A stretch of 64,000 nt of DNA from Takakia lepidozioides (taxonomy: Eukaryota > Plantae > Bryophyta), in the NCBI GenBank assembly GCA_030704615.1, contig CM060731.1, forward strand, positions 79,732,001-79,796,000, read 5' to 3'. The notes beneath the pieces were generated by a model that made no database searches, was not told the DNA's origin, and saw only the letters and a program-made list of their open reading frames with translations. Below are positions 36,550 to 48,800 of this stretch, in pieces; within the stretch, counting starts at the first letter, position 1, and the number at the start of each line of letters is the position of its first letter. Made by a program: the position numbers and the translations under genes.

Positions 36550-39096
36550 TCCTAAAAATCCAGGGTGAAGCCCATGGGGTACAACATTGCCCCACCAACC
36601 AGGACATCGTACGAGACCGCGTCTATCACAATGGCCTTGGCTCGCATCACTGAGCCATCTGTAGGGTGATCCGGCTGTAGTCAAATAACCAACTCACGTC
36701 GTGTCATGTCCCGAGCCTGCTCCAATCCTCCCAGAGACGTCTGTATCTGGAAATGACAATGCCCCATATCCGCCTTCGTGAGGCCCAAGCCTGCAATAGC
36801 AGCTCTGCCCAGCATCAATGGCTGAGCTCCTGAGTCCAACAAGACCCGCAGTGGCCGGTACCTCTTGCCTGCCGGTCCACTCAAACAGAAAATGTCATCC
36901 TGGTTGTCTAACATGACAACTCCAGGTGTCACCATGGCACGCTCAATGGCTGGCCTAGTTGGCAGCTCCATCAACCTAGCAGCTGCAGCTTGCCATGGCG
37001 CCGCCGTGGCAGTCTTGACCCTCACATCCAAGGATCCCTCCGGCACTACACCTCCCACTATCTCTACAAAAGATGAAGTAACCTCCCCACTCTCACAGAG
37101 TGTAGCTGCCAGCCTGAACACCTCAACTGGTCTTACCCCCGGCGTCGCAATCATGGTAGTCGAGAACAATGGAGCCTGGCACATAGCTGTGGCCGCCCCC
37201 AGCGGCACACTAGCTGCCGTAGCCTTGGCAACATTAGGTAGTGGTGCTGCCCGTGTAGCTCTCCCCAATGGCATAGTAACCTCCGCCTCGGTAACAGTCG
37301 GGCGAGAACTAGGTGCCATGGACGGCGTCGACACTGTCTCCGCCAATGTGAAGGACTGAGAAAGCCTGGCCTGACGGCTTGCCTCCCCACGCTGTGGATC
37401 CAACTCCACCTCCGCACCTCGTGGCTCAGGAACTCGTGCTGTTCCTCGAGTCACTGCCGCAGCTGACTCCACTTGCACTAGTGGTAGTCTTGCCCCGCAC
37501 ATAGTGGTAGTGGTAGTGGCACCCCTCACTAGTGGTAGTGTTGCCCCGCTCATGAATCCCATGTCTCCCAAGTCTCCTCCTTTAGGAGTAGGAGGTGGAC
37601 CCTCCGGCCTTGGAGCCGGTACCAGCTGAGCTGTGGCCATGGCAGTGAGCCTCTGCTCTACCTGCTGAAGCCGGTTGGCCATGCCTTGGTCACCACCCTG
37701 ACCTCCGCGTCCTTGGCCATGTTGAGCTTGCCCTTGGCTTGCACTTTGTGCGTGGCCACCTCGTCCTCTCTGGGCTGCTCCTCCTTGCCTCCGGCCACCA
37801 TTGTTCCCTTGGAACTGGCCTGGGCGCAACTCAAGATGCAAACCATAGCACTGGGCTTCTCCATGCCCGTACTTGCCACAATACCCACACTGCAACTGTG
37901 CAGGCTGTGCATGTATCGGCCCTTTGCATCCCTCTGGGCAATCCTTCTTGACATGGGGTCCTCCACATGTCCAGCACGCCACATCCGCCCGTTGTTGGCC
38001 AGCAAATGAAGGGAGAGACCCCTGCATCTGAGGTCCTCTCTCCCCTTCCCTGAGCTTCACCTGAGCCCCCTTGTTGCCTTGAGCACGTTGAGGTAGTGGT
38101 TGGCTAGGAGCACCACTACCCCGTGGTGTCTCCTTAGCAAATCCCACCATGACTACTCGTTCCTCCACCATGTTGAGCTCTATCCGCTCTGCCAGCAAAA
38201 ACACATTTGCTAAGGTGGGTTGGGCCGCTTGTAGGAGAGTTGCATCCCGCACCCTTCTCCTCAGTTCCTTGTCCAATATCCCATACCAGAAATTGGACTG
38301 CCTGAGCTTCCGTAACCCCTTGGGTTACATTTATCAAGTGCCTCATGCGAGTGAAAGCCTCCCTCAAGCTCTCGGTCGGCTTCCGTTGGAACTCTTGCAA
38401 GCTCCGCAACTTCTCTGTCCTCACCCCTTGGTAGTTCCCTCTCAACTCTTCGAAGAACTCCACAACAGGGTTGAAGGCGGGCACGGGTACTGGTGCTGGT
38501 GCGGTAGTGGCTTGGGTGGACGTCGTAGCTACGGTACCACCAGTCCTACTAGTCCCATTGCTGCTTGCTGAAGCTGCCGGTGCAGCCACTGCCCTCGTGG
38601 CTCTAGTGCCCATAGTGATGGAGACATAGTCGGGTGACCAGTACATCCTCCACTCCTCGATCTCAACCTCATGCCCCCGCCTGAACTCATGGTAATCATC
38701 CATAGGCGGCCCCTCAAGGTGCTGAAACAGCCCCTTCCATGCCATGAAAAGCGTAAATAGTTGTGGATTGCGCATTTGCTGCAAATCACACCAACTATCA
38801 AACTTTTGGATAAAATCATCCAACTCGATGGTGCCCACTGCCCCAGAGTACCTTCGTGGCCCCTTGGTAGCTCCATACATCTCCTCCATTGTGTCCCACA
38901 ACAATGGCAAGGAAACAACTTGCACTGCCGGTATGAGTCCTCCTGATTTACAATCCGAATCAGAACCTTCTGTAGAAGACACAGGAGGTGAAGGTGGCCT
39001 AAACCGCACACCTCGTCTCGTGTACCCACTAGTATCGCTAGTGCTCGAACCGGCACTGTCCCCAGCAACTAGTGGCACCTCCGTGTTGACACTCAA
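36550..39096 (-). pseudogene. Gag (capsid-like + 2 CCHC knuckles) and aspartic protease
   Basis: RYSG..ELDDFIQKFDSWC, FQRKPTESLREAFTR, CWTCGGPHVKKDC, CGYCGKYGHGEAQC, VLLDSGA, DVLVG. Frameshift near 38280 and stop at 36681. Confidence 0.9.
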
Positions 39097-39789
39097 CCGG
39101 TCATGAACATGTCCCTAAACCCCTCTCCACAAGGTAACCGGGTAGAGAACCTGTTGCGGCTTATGGTTTGGAATACTAAGTTCCTAACATAGCCTACACC
39201 TGTACCTGCATCCACTGCAAGCACTCCTATGGTTGGCTGGTCATCACCTCCAACCTCACCACATGAGAAACAATGATGGTCTGGCTGGTCATCACCCCAG
39301 CCTCACCATCGACAACATGCTCTAGGATTGGCCGGTGATCAAATCCGGACCAATCACCTATAAAAGCAAGCGCCCACACAAAACTAGCATGGCGCACAGT
39401 CAAGCATGCAGGTATGGAGGGGATCCAAACACAAGAAATCAGAACAACAACTCCCCCACACCAAAACAACTCCACGGTGTTGCTCCTGCAAGGACACCCC
39501 AGCCCAAACCCGGACTGACTCTTGCCTCCACCTACGGAAAGGTCTTGGCCTAATGAGAGGGTGGAAACTACGAGGAAGAGAAGCTAAAGCAATGCCTAAC
39601 CCCAGCATGCCCTCATCCCAACACTCTTCATCTCCTCTCTTCCCTCACTTGCATGACCATGGGAATATCATGAAGATACTCCTCAAACCGCCCTCCACGA
39701 GCTTCAAAATTAGGCCTTCAAGACCACATGCCAGTCCTTAGGCAGTCCACCAGTGCCTCCACGAGTCAGCACAAGCCGTCTACAGGTCA

Positions 39790-40180
39790 ACACGGGCCAC
39801 CACAGACCAGCACAGGCCCACACAGATCACTGGTCATAGCCGTCACAGCCCCACACAGGCCACAGCCCATCACAACCCCAGAGGCCACATGTCACAGCCC
39901 ATCACAACCCCAAAGGCCACAGGCACAGCCTGTCACAGCCCTACAAAGATCACAGGGTCACAATCCCAAAGGCCACAGCCTGTCATAGCCCCTCACAGCC
40001 CCTCACAGTCCCACAGGCCACAGGGCACAGCCTGTCCCAGCCCGCCACAGCCTGTCACAGCCCTACACAGGTCACAGGGGTCACAGCCCCAAAGGCCATA
40101 GCCCGTCACAGCCCCACAGGCCATTGGGCACAACCTGTTACAGCCCGTCACAGCCCGTCACAGCCCCACAGGCCACTCAT
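39790..40180. repeat. Degenerate minisatellite (CACAGCCC / GGCCACAG units) in the retroelement 5' leader
   Basis: Many TCACAGCCC and GGCCACAG repeats. Confidence 0.85.
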
Positions 40181-41518
40181 GACAGTTAAGCCATTTCTAC
40201 AAGGGGTTTAGCCACGCCAAGCTAGGGTTTGTGTCTCTTGGACTCTAGGCTTCTTTGCACCGAGCTATGGCGGCTGTGAAGAAATCAGCAAGGTATTCTT
40301 GCTCTTTCGGCTCCCACACACCACCAATAGTAGCCCTAAGCCATGAGGAAGATGGTTGCCACAAACCAAGCCTTCTTTCTCACTTAGACTCCCCAAACAC
40401 GCCACTAAACTCAATGGCAAACAACCAAGCCTTGCTGGTTTCCAGCCCTTGTGAGCACTCATTCAAGCGTTTCCCTTGGCCATAACATCTGTCATAGAGC
40501 CTATTCCAGCCCCCTTCACCTGCCACTATCTATCTAGGCTTGAGGTTGAAACCCCAACTCAGAACACGCTCTACAAGTGTCGAACTGTCACATAAGAGCA
40601 GATCAGCCCCTTACCTTCTCTTCTAGTTCTCTAAAGCTTGAAAACAAAAGCCCAATGGACTAAAGGCATGCTCCACACATGCCCCACTTTCACCACCAGA
40701 GAATCAGCCCCTTTGCTTTATTTCTTGCACCCACCAACCTGAAAATACACGCTTCAGCGGGCTGGAAGCATGCTCCACACATGCCCTACAGGGAAACCAG
40801 CCCCTTCCTTCATTTCTTGCACTCCCAAACCTAAAAGTACAAGCCTTCAACAGGCTGAAAGCATGCTCCACACATGCATTGCTCTCACATAAGGGAAGTC
40901 AGCCCTTCCCTCTTCCTTGCTTGCCCTCCAAGCTTAAAGATGGAAGCTTCAATGAGCTGAATACATGCAACCTCTTCACACAAGATGTATCAGCCCCCTA
41001 TCTTGGCTCCTTAGCTCCTTGATGCTCTCTAAGACAAGACTAAGCACTCCACAACCCTTGCCAAGCTCCTGAAACCCTAAGGCTTACATTTCCAGCCACA
41101 AGACACTCCTCTTGTGGTGCAAGAACTCTTCTTCCAAGCTCTGAAACCCTAGGTGCACATTCCATGGCCTTGCCGCACCTCTTAGCTCCTGTTCTAGCCC
41201 TGCTCTTGCCATGACAAGAGCCCTTTCAATGCTGAAGCTCGAGATTGAAACCCAATCTCAACATACTCCACAAAGTGCACTGATTTGCCCCAAGCCAAAT
41301 CAGCCCTTTCGCTTGGTCTTGCAATCCTGCAGCATGGTGTTTTCATCTCTGAAGCTGAAGATCGAATGCCAAGGTCTACCACATCGTAACCCACATCGCC
41401 TCCGCTTCTAACAACCAAGAGCTCCACGGTGCTCTTTGCATAACAACTTGGTTTCTCTCATTCTCAAGCAAAAACCACAAGTGCTACAACTAACTTGTAT
41501 CTGACACTCACAGATACG

Positions 41519-41535
41519 AGCTCATTTTTCTCGAG
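41519..41535 (-). other. Putative self-priming primer-binding site
   Basis: Sense CTCGAGAAAAATGAGC directly follows X1 and is complementary (1 mismatch) to the sense sequence at 41716-41701 within X1. No TGG tRNA-type PBS. Confidence 0.65.
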
Positions 41536-41862
41536 TGATAAAGAAGAAGAATACAAGCACAAGCTCATGCGAGCTCACAAAGCTGAAGCATAAACTCATG
41601 CATATATAACCTCATCACTCAAATACAAGTCAAGCCAAGTGTACCCCACGCCATGGGGAATCCACACTACGGCGCCATAGCTAGGTGCGGTGAGGCTCAA
41701 CTCGAGAAAGATGAGCCTCCCGCGCTTGCCGTGAAGATAACCACTCCAGGGCCTAAATCTGCCTTGACCCCTAGATTGACACTTGGGCCAATCCCAAATG
41801 TCAATACGTAAAAGCTAGCTATTTCCTAGCTAGTTCCACAGTAGTGGTAAAATAACTTGACA
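41536..41862 (-). repeat. Terminal repeat X, copy 1 (5' end of element)
   Basis: 327 bp, TG...CA; about 95% identical to 30984-31306 by eye. Confidence 0.9.
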
Positions 41863-42995
41863 GCCACATTGGACCTACTAGGACCAGTCTGGTATGCCAA
41901 AATGGACATACCAGTACAACAATGGAAAATACAATGTTATAGGAGGAAATATAAGTCATGTCTTCCTTGGGGAGATAATATCGGCATGTGATGGCTAGTA
42001 GACATACCCACACATGCATAAAACTACTCATCCAGGGATTTCATTCATTTACAGATATGGATGAACTACTCCCATTACAGCTATCTTGATCTAATTCGAA
42101 ACTTAATCGCAAGTATTGGTGCTAAGCATCAAAACCCTTTGCATAGTCGGGCCAACAAACATTCTTGTGTAAATATATATTGGTGGAAAAGTTATATATA
42201 TAAGCCAATAAACCAATTATAGTAAAAAAAAATTATATTCAAACAAAACCAAATGTTTAGTATGATTTATCAAAGAGACATGAGGCCAATCGAAATTAGC
42301 GTAAATAAGAGTTTGCAAGGGAATGAGGTTTATAATTGCACTAGAAGTATTTCAAATATTATCTCTAAAAGGTGGGTATGATGGCCACATATTTGGCTGG
42401 AATGATATTATATTGTACTTTGATCACATACTCATTGCGAAGGATGTTTTGTCCATCCGCTGGACGGTAAAATAGATATTGTGAGCTTGCATGTCTCTCT
42501 TCGAGGTTGGGTAGTGCGTGAGCATGGCACAAAGGCATATTCCCCGAATTTCCGCAAAATTTCCGTGGAATTTCCACAGCGAAACGAAATTGGCGAAACT
42601 AACAATTATGCGAAACTAACACATAAAGAACGAGTAACCCCTATACAGGAGCAAGAGTGGGCGGTGAGGCTTCACCTCAAATTTAAGGTCTTTGCCCATG
42701 GATAATTTCGCATGGAGAAACCAGCCTGAGAAGAAATCACAGTGTAGCTAAAAGGATGAATAGGTCACTTTAAAGCCCCTACCCATGGATGTGGGATTGT
42801 TGGGTGATGGGATTTCGTATAGAAAGTTTCGACTCAAGCTATACCATTAAGGGTTTCTCAATGCAAAACCCACCGCTGCTTAGGTTTGTGCCCATATCAC
42901 ATATCATTTCTCAATGCGAAATTCGCCGCCACCGTTATAGGTTTAGGGTTTCTGGCTACACTACTGAAGGTTTCGCCTCGCTGAATTGGCACAGA

Positions 42996-44565
42996 TCAAT
43001 AAATGAATCGAGACGTTTGTTTTGTTTTGTTTGCTTTGTCACATTGAGATGTCCGAGATGTCCCAAATCGCGGTGCCCCAGCGCTGGTGTTTGGTACCGT
43101 TGGAAAGCCCTCGATGAGGAGGGGTGCACGGGCTTGGTCGCATGATTTTTGGACCTACGGTGTGGGAGATGTGGAATTCAAGTACTTTGGGTCGTCGGAA
43201 ATTCGGGAAAAATAGCAAAGTGGGCATTCCTGGGACAATGGTTGGAGCCTCGACATGAAAGATATCAAGGGAAAGGGCTCCAATTCAAATCTGGTCGTAG
43301 GCTTTGTGGAAAAAAAAATGCATTTGGACTTAGATGACATTCGACACTTGGGCCAACGGCACAGGCTACCCTAGAGACGGATAAATAATGATAAGATATA
43401 TTACTACTCAAAAAATTCATGGAAAAAAATTAATCGGGCCTTGACACGGGAGAGGTACTTGGATACATATGTGATTGCACACCAGGCTTAGATAGGCCTC
43501 AACATGGGTGACGCACATGGGAGATGCCTTTGGATACATAGGAGATTGCACTTGGGCTTAGATGACACTGGACACTTGGGCCAACAGCACAGACTACCCT
43601 AGAATCGAGACGTTTGTTTTGTTTTGTTTTGTTTTGTAGCATCGCTGAGATCTCCCAAACCTGGGGCCCGGGTGCTTGGTGCCGTTGGAAAGCCTTCGAT
43701 GAGGAGGGGTGCACCGGCTTGGCGCAGTGTGGGAGATATGGAAATTGAAATGCTTTGGGTTGCGGGAAATTTGAAAAAAATAGCAAAGTGGATATATCAA
43801 TATATGAAGCTTCGACAAGGGAGATTGCAAAAATAGCAAAGTGGGCTTTGGGATTGCATTTGGTCTTAGTTGACATTGGACACTAGAGGTTGCACTTGGG
43901 CCTCTACATAGGAGAAGCACTTGGATACATAGGAGATTGCACATGGGCTTAGATTTCAATTCTTCATACACGGGCCTCGACATAGGAGACGCACTTGGAT
44001 ACATATTGGAGCTATGATTGGCCCATCATGTGGCAGATTTGGAATTTCAAGTGCTTTTGGTTGCTGGAAATTTATGAAAATTAGCAAAGTGGATATATCA
44101 ATATATGAAGCCTCGACAAGGGAGATTGCAAAATAGCAAAGTGGGCTCATAGGCTACCCTAGATTTCCCGAACTGCAGGGTCTATGGAGACATAGGGGAT
44201 TGCACTTGGACTTAGATGACATTGGATACTTGGGCCAACGGCACAGGCTACCCTAGAGGTTGCACTTGGGCCTCGACATAGGAGACGCTCTTGGATACAT
44301 AGGAGATTGCACTTGGGCTTAGATGACATTGGACACTTGGGCCTCTACATGGGAGATGCACTTCGATACATAGAAGATTACACTTGGGCTTAGATGGGCC
44401 TCAACATAGGAGGCGCACTTGGATACATAGGAAATTGCACTTGGACTTAGGTGACATCGGACCTTGGGCCAGCGGAGGCTACCCTAGAGATCACACTGGG
44501 CCTCAATAGAGGAGATTGCACTTGGACTTGCATTGGACATTGGACAACGGCACAGGCTACCCTAG
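42996..44565 (+). mobile_element. Composite non-autonomous Helitron-like element
   Basis: A|TCAATAAATG 5' end; 3' end CAACGGCACAGGCTACCCTAG|T; no TSD. Internal duplicated blocks and five internal CTACCCTAG ends. Confidence 0.7.
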
Positions 44566-45869
44566 TGTACCCTACAAATGCACTAGTCCTCTATACCTGC
44601 TTATGGTTTTATTCCGTTTTGACTCCTATGACCAAGGTTAGAAAACAAAAAACTCACATGACCGTGGGTTGTGCAGCATGCTCACGCCGTGCTCACAGAA
44701 TACCAACATACTAACCCCCCTCTCTTCTCCCTTTCCTCCTGTCAAAATTGATTCACTGCACTATCAACTGTCAAGCGTCATTGCACACAGACTCCCCAGA
44801 AAATCCTTGTTAACACCAGCCCAGAACATATTAATTCAGACTACAAGCATCTGCGAGATCTATTCCCTGCCACAACCCAGCCAAACGGTGGCATCCAAGA
44901 TGCTGTCCAACCCAATGAAAGAGACCTCCCAGTTGCCTCTCTCCACCATCCCCATTTCCTAACTTTTTCAGTTAGTAATCCTCCGATACATTGCTCTCCC
45001 ATGCTCTCCCTCGTATACATTTTTCGTTCCTGCTCCATTGCCCGCCCTATCCAGCTCCACTCCCAAATACCCTACACCCTAAAATTCCCATCTCTTCTCT
45101 CTCATGAAGACTTCGAAAAGCAAACCAAGGGAGAGGAAACATACTCCATAACATCCGGCACAGGTTGAGGCCATTCCACCCAGGTTAAGGAGGGTCCATG
45201 GAAGTAGATGAAGTGGGGAGGAACTCTCGCCTCCACCTGCACAGGTAGACTGCTATATTTACAACCCCTCGCCATCTAGACTCACACCGAATGCCAATAT
45301 TCCTGCGATAGGAAGTAATCTTTGCAACGACACCACAAGGAACACCAAATGCTACTCAGAAAGACTGTAGATTTCTCTGAAGCCAACTCTTTGTCTCTAC
45401 ACAACAAGAAAACCACAATTTATACAACTTACTTTCCAAATCGAATCCTTCCGAGACAGTCCATCTGTGTTTCATCAAATTGTGTGCGTGCTTGAATCGA
45501 ACATCGACAGCATCTTGACGTTGTCGATAAGATCCCGGAAATGTACAAAGAAGCAATATTTCTGATTGTTCGTCCGAAAGTGAACGATCATTCTGCATCT
45601 GGACGATTTAAGGTATTCGTCAACGAAACCCTTCCTTAGCCCCTTAAGAGACGTTGTATGAGACCGTCGTGGAGATCCTACGGTCAAGGAAGCCCATGGC
45701 CGGGGCTTAGGGCTTACAAGTCCCTACACAAAGGAAAGCCTCCTCTCCTCTTTCGATATAAAGGGAATGCGCGGCGGCCTTTTCAACGCATGGCTTTTCT
45801 TGCCGGAGGTTTGTTGGCATCCAAGGTGGTGGGAGCGGATATGGGGATGGTGGTGTGGCCGTGATCGGT

Positions 45870-48800
45870 ATGGATCCGGCTTTTCTCTTCACGGGTGTGC
45901 GATTTGACAGAAAGCGGTTTGCAGCAGATGTTAATCGGTTTCAGGTGTCTTCATCTTGCCTTTGACTTCCCTTTCTTCTTCACTGGATAGATTCGTGTAG
46001 GAGAAGTCGGAGGTTTCAACATCGTGTTGAGTTTCACATAACATTTTGAACTTTTCTTTTGTGCGAAGAGAAGGGGTGTGGCCCAGACGTAACATGGTTC
46101 ACATTTTCCTACTCGCTGCAGAGAAAAGAGGGAGATATTATACAAGTCGGCGGCAATGAAGGAGTCCACTCTTCATCTGAAACCCGCGAAAGTTCACCGC
46201 AATCAAATTCCACTCTGACCGTCTCGGAGGTTAATGGTGGGAGCTACAGGAAGGCGAAGAAAAGGCACTTCAAGGACGAAAATGGTGAGTTATGGTTCAT
46301 CTGCGGGTATTGGCTTGTCTCTTTCCAAGTTGTGTTGGATTCGCTTAGCAATAATTATCAGTCGCTTCCGATCATCTAATCTTCTAGGTTCAGCTGGAAT
46401 CTTCTACAGTTGTAGGCGCCAGTTGTATATGTTGTATACGTGAAGGGTCTGCTTCTGCTGGAGGCCATTATTAGGGTTGACACGACGTAGTTTGTCTGTA
46501 TTTGCTCCAGCAATAAACGTCTCTGCTTACAACCCTTTCCTCAATCTGCAGAATATCTTGCACTCATTATTTGGGCACCTACATCAGTTCAATCGTCAAC
46601 ATTTGCGTCAATTTATACTGGATTGTAGATGAAGGATTGAGTACTGCGGTGTGAATTGGTCCATTAATTTCCGCTCAGCATTTTCTAGGAGTTATTAATC
46701 GTGCGTTCAAGTAACAGGTGCTGAAAATGCATTCAACGTTTTCAAGGCTCCTAAAGTGGATGAGCGTACCGAGGATGTGGAGTCACATGTAGTAGACGCC
46801 TCCTTTGACCCAGAGGCAAGATTGCCATCTGAACTATGGTTCCCGGACTCTAGTTGAACCTGATAAAAGGAATTATTACGCAAGATTATGAAGTGTATAG
46901 CTGTGTACCGTATTGTGCAACGCGGTTGTACTTTATGTAGAAAACATTTTATTTACAGTTACTGGGAAATGCTCTCAGAAGAGTGTTGTTTGACCTTGGC
47001 AATAGGATGTGGGTCATTCCTATTCCCAGATTAGTTGTTATGTTCTGTAGTCTTCAAAACTCCCATCTTCATACAGGGGTTCTGTTTGATGGGTGATTTT
47101 GATCAAATGTTTGTGGGCCGTCCGTGCCATTAATCTTTCTTCTCATATGCGTTACTGTGCAGTTTGTTGGAGTTCAAAGAAAAAAGTTCCGCATTCATGT
47201 GGCTGGCCATGATATTCCTCGTCCTCTTCTCGACTTTGGGCAGCTGCAAACACAGTACCCTCCCTCTCCCACGACCTGAAGTGTAGTGCTTGTTGTTATT
47301 ATGTGTTGTCAGAGCCATCAACAACTGGGTTAATCACTCTTGAGTAAGCTAGTGTGCAAAGTTTTGGATGTTTCCAGGGTTCCTAACCTGTCTTGATAGT
47401 TTCTTCTGTATTCAACCGTGCTTGAATCCACCCCAAATGTCGAGCTTATCTTTCTATGATATCCAAGCAGATATCGGTGCAAGTCATATCTTATGCACAA
47501 TATTTTGGAAGCTGGTTACCAACAGCCAACCCCAATTCAACGTCAGGCTATTCCAGTTCTCCTTGCGGTATGGTGGATTTCTAGAATTTTTCTATGGTCT
47601 GGGGTATGTGCTGGTTACATCACGAAGGATTGTACCATAAGTCAGTTGTGTATGTAGTATTGTGTTAGTGATAGGTGGAACGTGATGTGGAACATTTGTT
47701 ACTCTTGACTAGTGTGGAGTGCTTTTCTTTGTCCCTAAAGTTTCTAATGCTATTTGGTGGTCATGTAATTCAGGGCCGAGATTGTTTTGCATGCGCCCCT
47801 ACAGGTTCTGGGAAAACTTTGGCGTTTATACTTCCAATTTTAATGAAATTGAAGGTGGGCTTCAAATTGTGTCCTGCTGGATCAATGATCATTGGGTTTC
47901 CTAGTTTGATAGTTTCCTAGTGCAAGCATGTCGGTGTGCTGTCATTGGTGATGATGCCTTTGTTATCTGCATGGTGAGGTATCGGCCACCTCCTGCTCGT
48001 AGTGCCCAGCATATCCCATAGCATACAGCTGGAAATGGGAAGGAGAGTGGATATGTTAGATATTGTTAATGAATGTCTACAGGTTGTCTTATTTTCAGTT
48101 ATTGCTTCATAAACTGATCGTTGGCTTCTTTGGTGCCAATGGGTCCGTTCCCTGAAGCTAAAGTACAAGGCCTGAGCGCCTAGGAAACGTTCTTGTCTAT
48201 CCAGCCCTCGCTATGCCAGAGTCAAAACAATTACCTTGTGATTTTGGTACGAAGGACTGTTAACATTTTTAATGTAATTTCTGCTTGCTACGCAGTACTG
48301 CATCATGTCGCCTAACTGACCTAGGCCAAGAACTGACATTTTGGTATCGATGATCGGTATTGGTATTTGGTACGAGTCTTTGTATTATTAGTAGAGTAAT
48401 ACAGCTTGTCACATGGAGGCTATCAATCTAAGGCTCTGTTTCTGGAAGGTTAACCAGGTAGGACAACTCATGAAGTGTCAAGTAAATAATTATCAGTGTA
48501 AACTGTGAGGAAGTGATCGTTCTTTTTGGTGCAGACTTCTGCTATTTTTGTGTTCTAAGCTTGTGGGTGAGGTTTTTTTTCAAATTAAATGTTTGAATGT
48601 GGTTTGAATTTTGGTTTTCATCAGTTGAGATTGAAGGTACTGTGGCTAAGTGTGTGATCTGATGTTTGGTAAGTTTGCAAAGTGAATGTCAGTTTGCTTG
48701 CTTACATACATGGTGGATGTGTGGCAGGTCCCAAGTAAAGATGGTGTGCGAGTTGTAATTCTTTGCCCCACTCGGGAGCTTGCTTTGCAGACAACTCGTG

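Larger units (their letters stand above)
30795..41862 (-). mobile_element. Ty3/gypsy-type retrotransposon with order gag-PR-DNMT-RT-RH-IN-PHD and split direct terminal repeats; decayed
   Basis: TG...CA termini with GCCA on both sides. Domain order PR-RT-RH-IN. Terminal repeats listed below. Several stops and frameshifts. Confidence 0.92.
30193..41924. mobile_element. Non-autonomous hAT-type element (~660 bp) split by the Ty3/gypsy insertion
   Basis: TIRs CAGTGTTGTGCCGGTATG (30193) / CATACCAGTACAACAATG (ends 41924); perfect 8-bp TSD GAAAATAC at 30185-30192 and 41925-41932. Confidence 0.8.

Noticed and set aside
30795-41862. DIRS/PAT tyrosine-recombinase element, suggested by the split repeats
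   Set aside because: The element has a protease, a DDE integrase and gypsy-type RT. I saw no tyrosine-recombinase ORF.
45356-45687. Short ORFs divergent from RH57
   Set aside because: Short, with no recognisable motif or splice structure.
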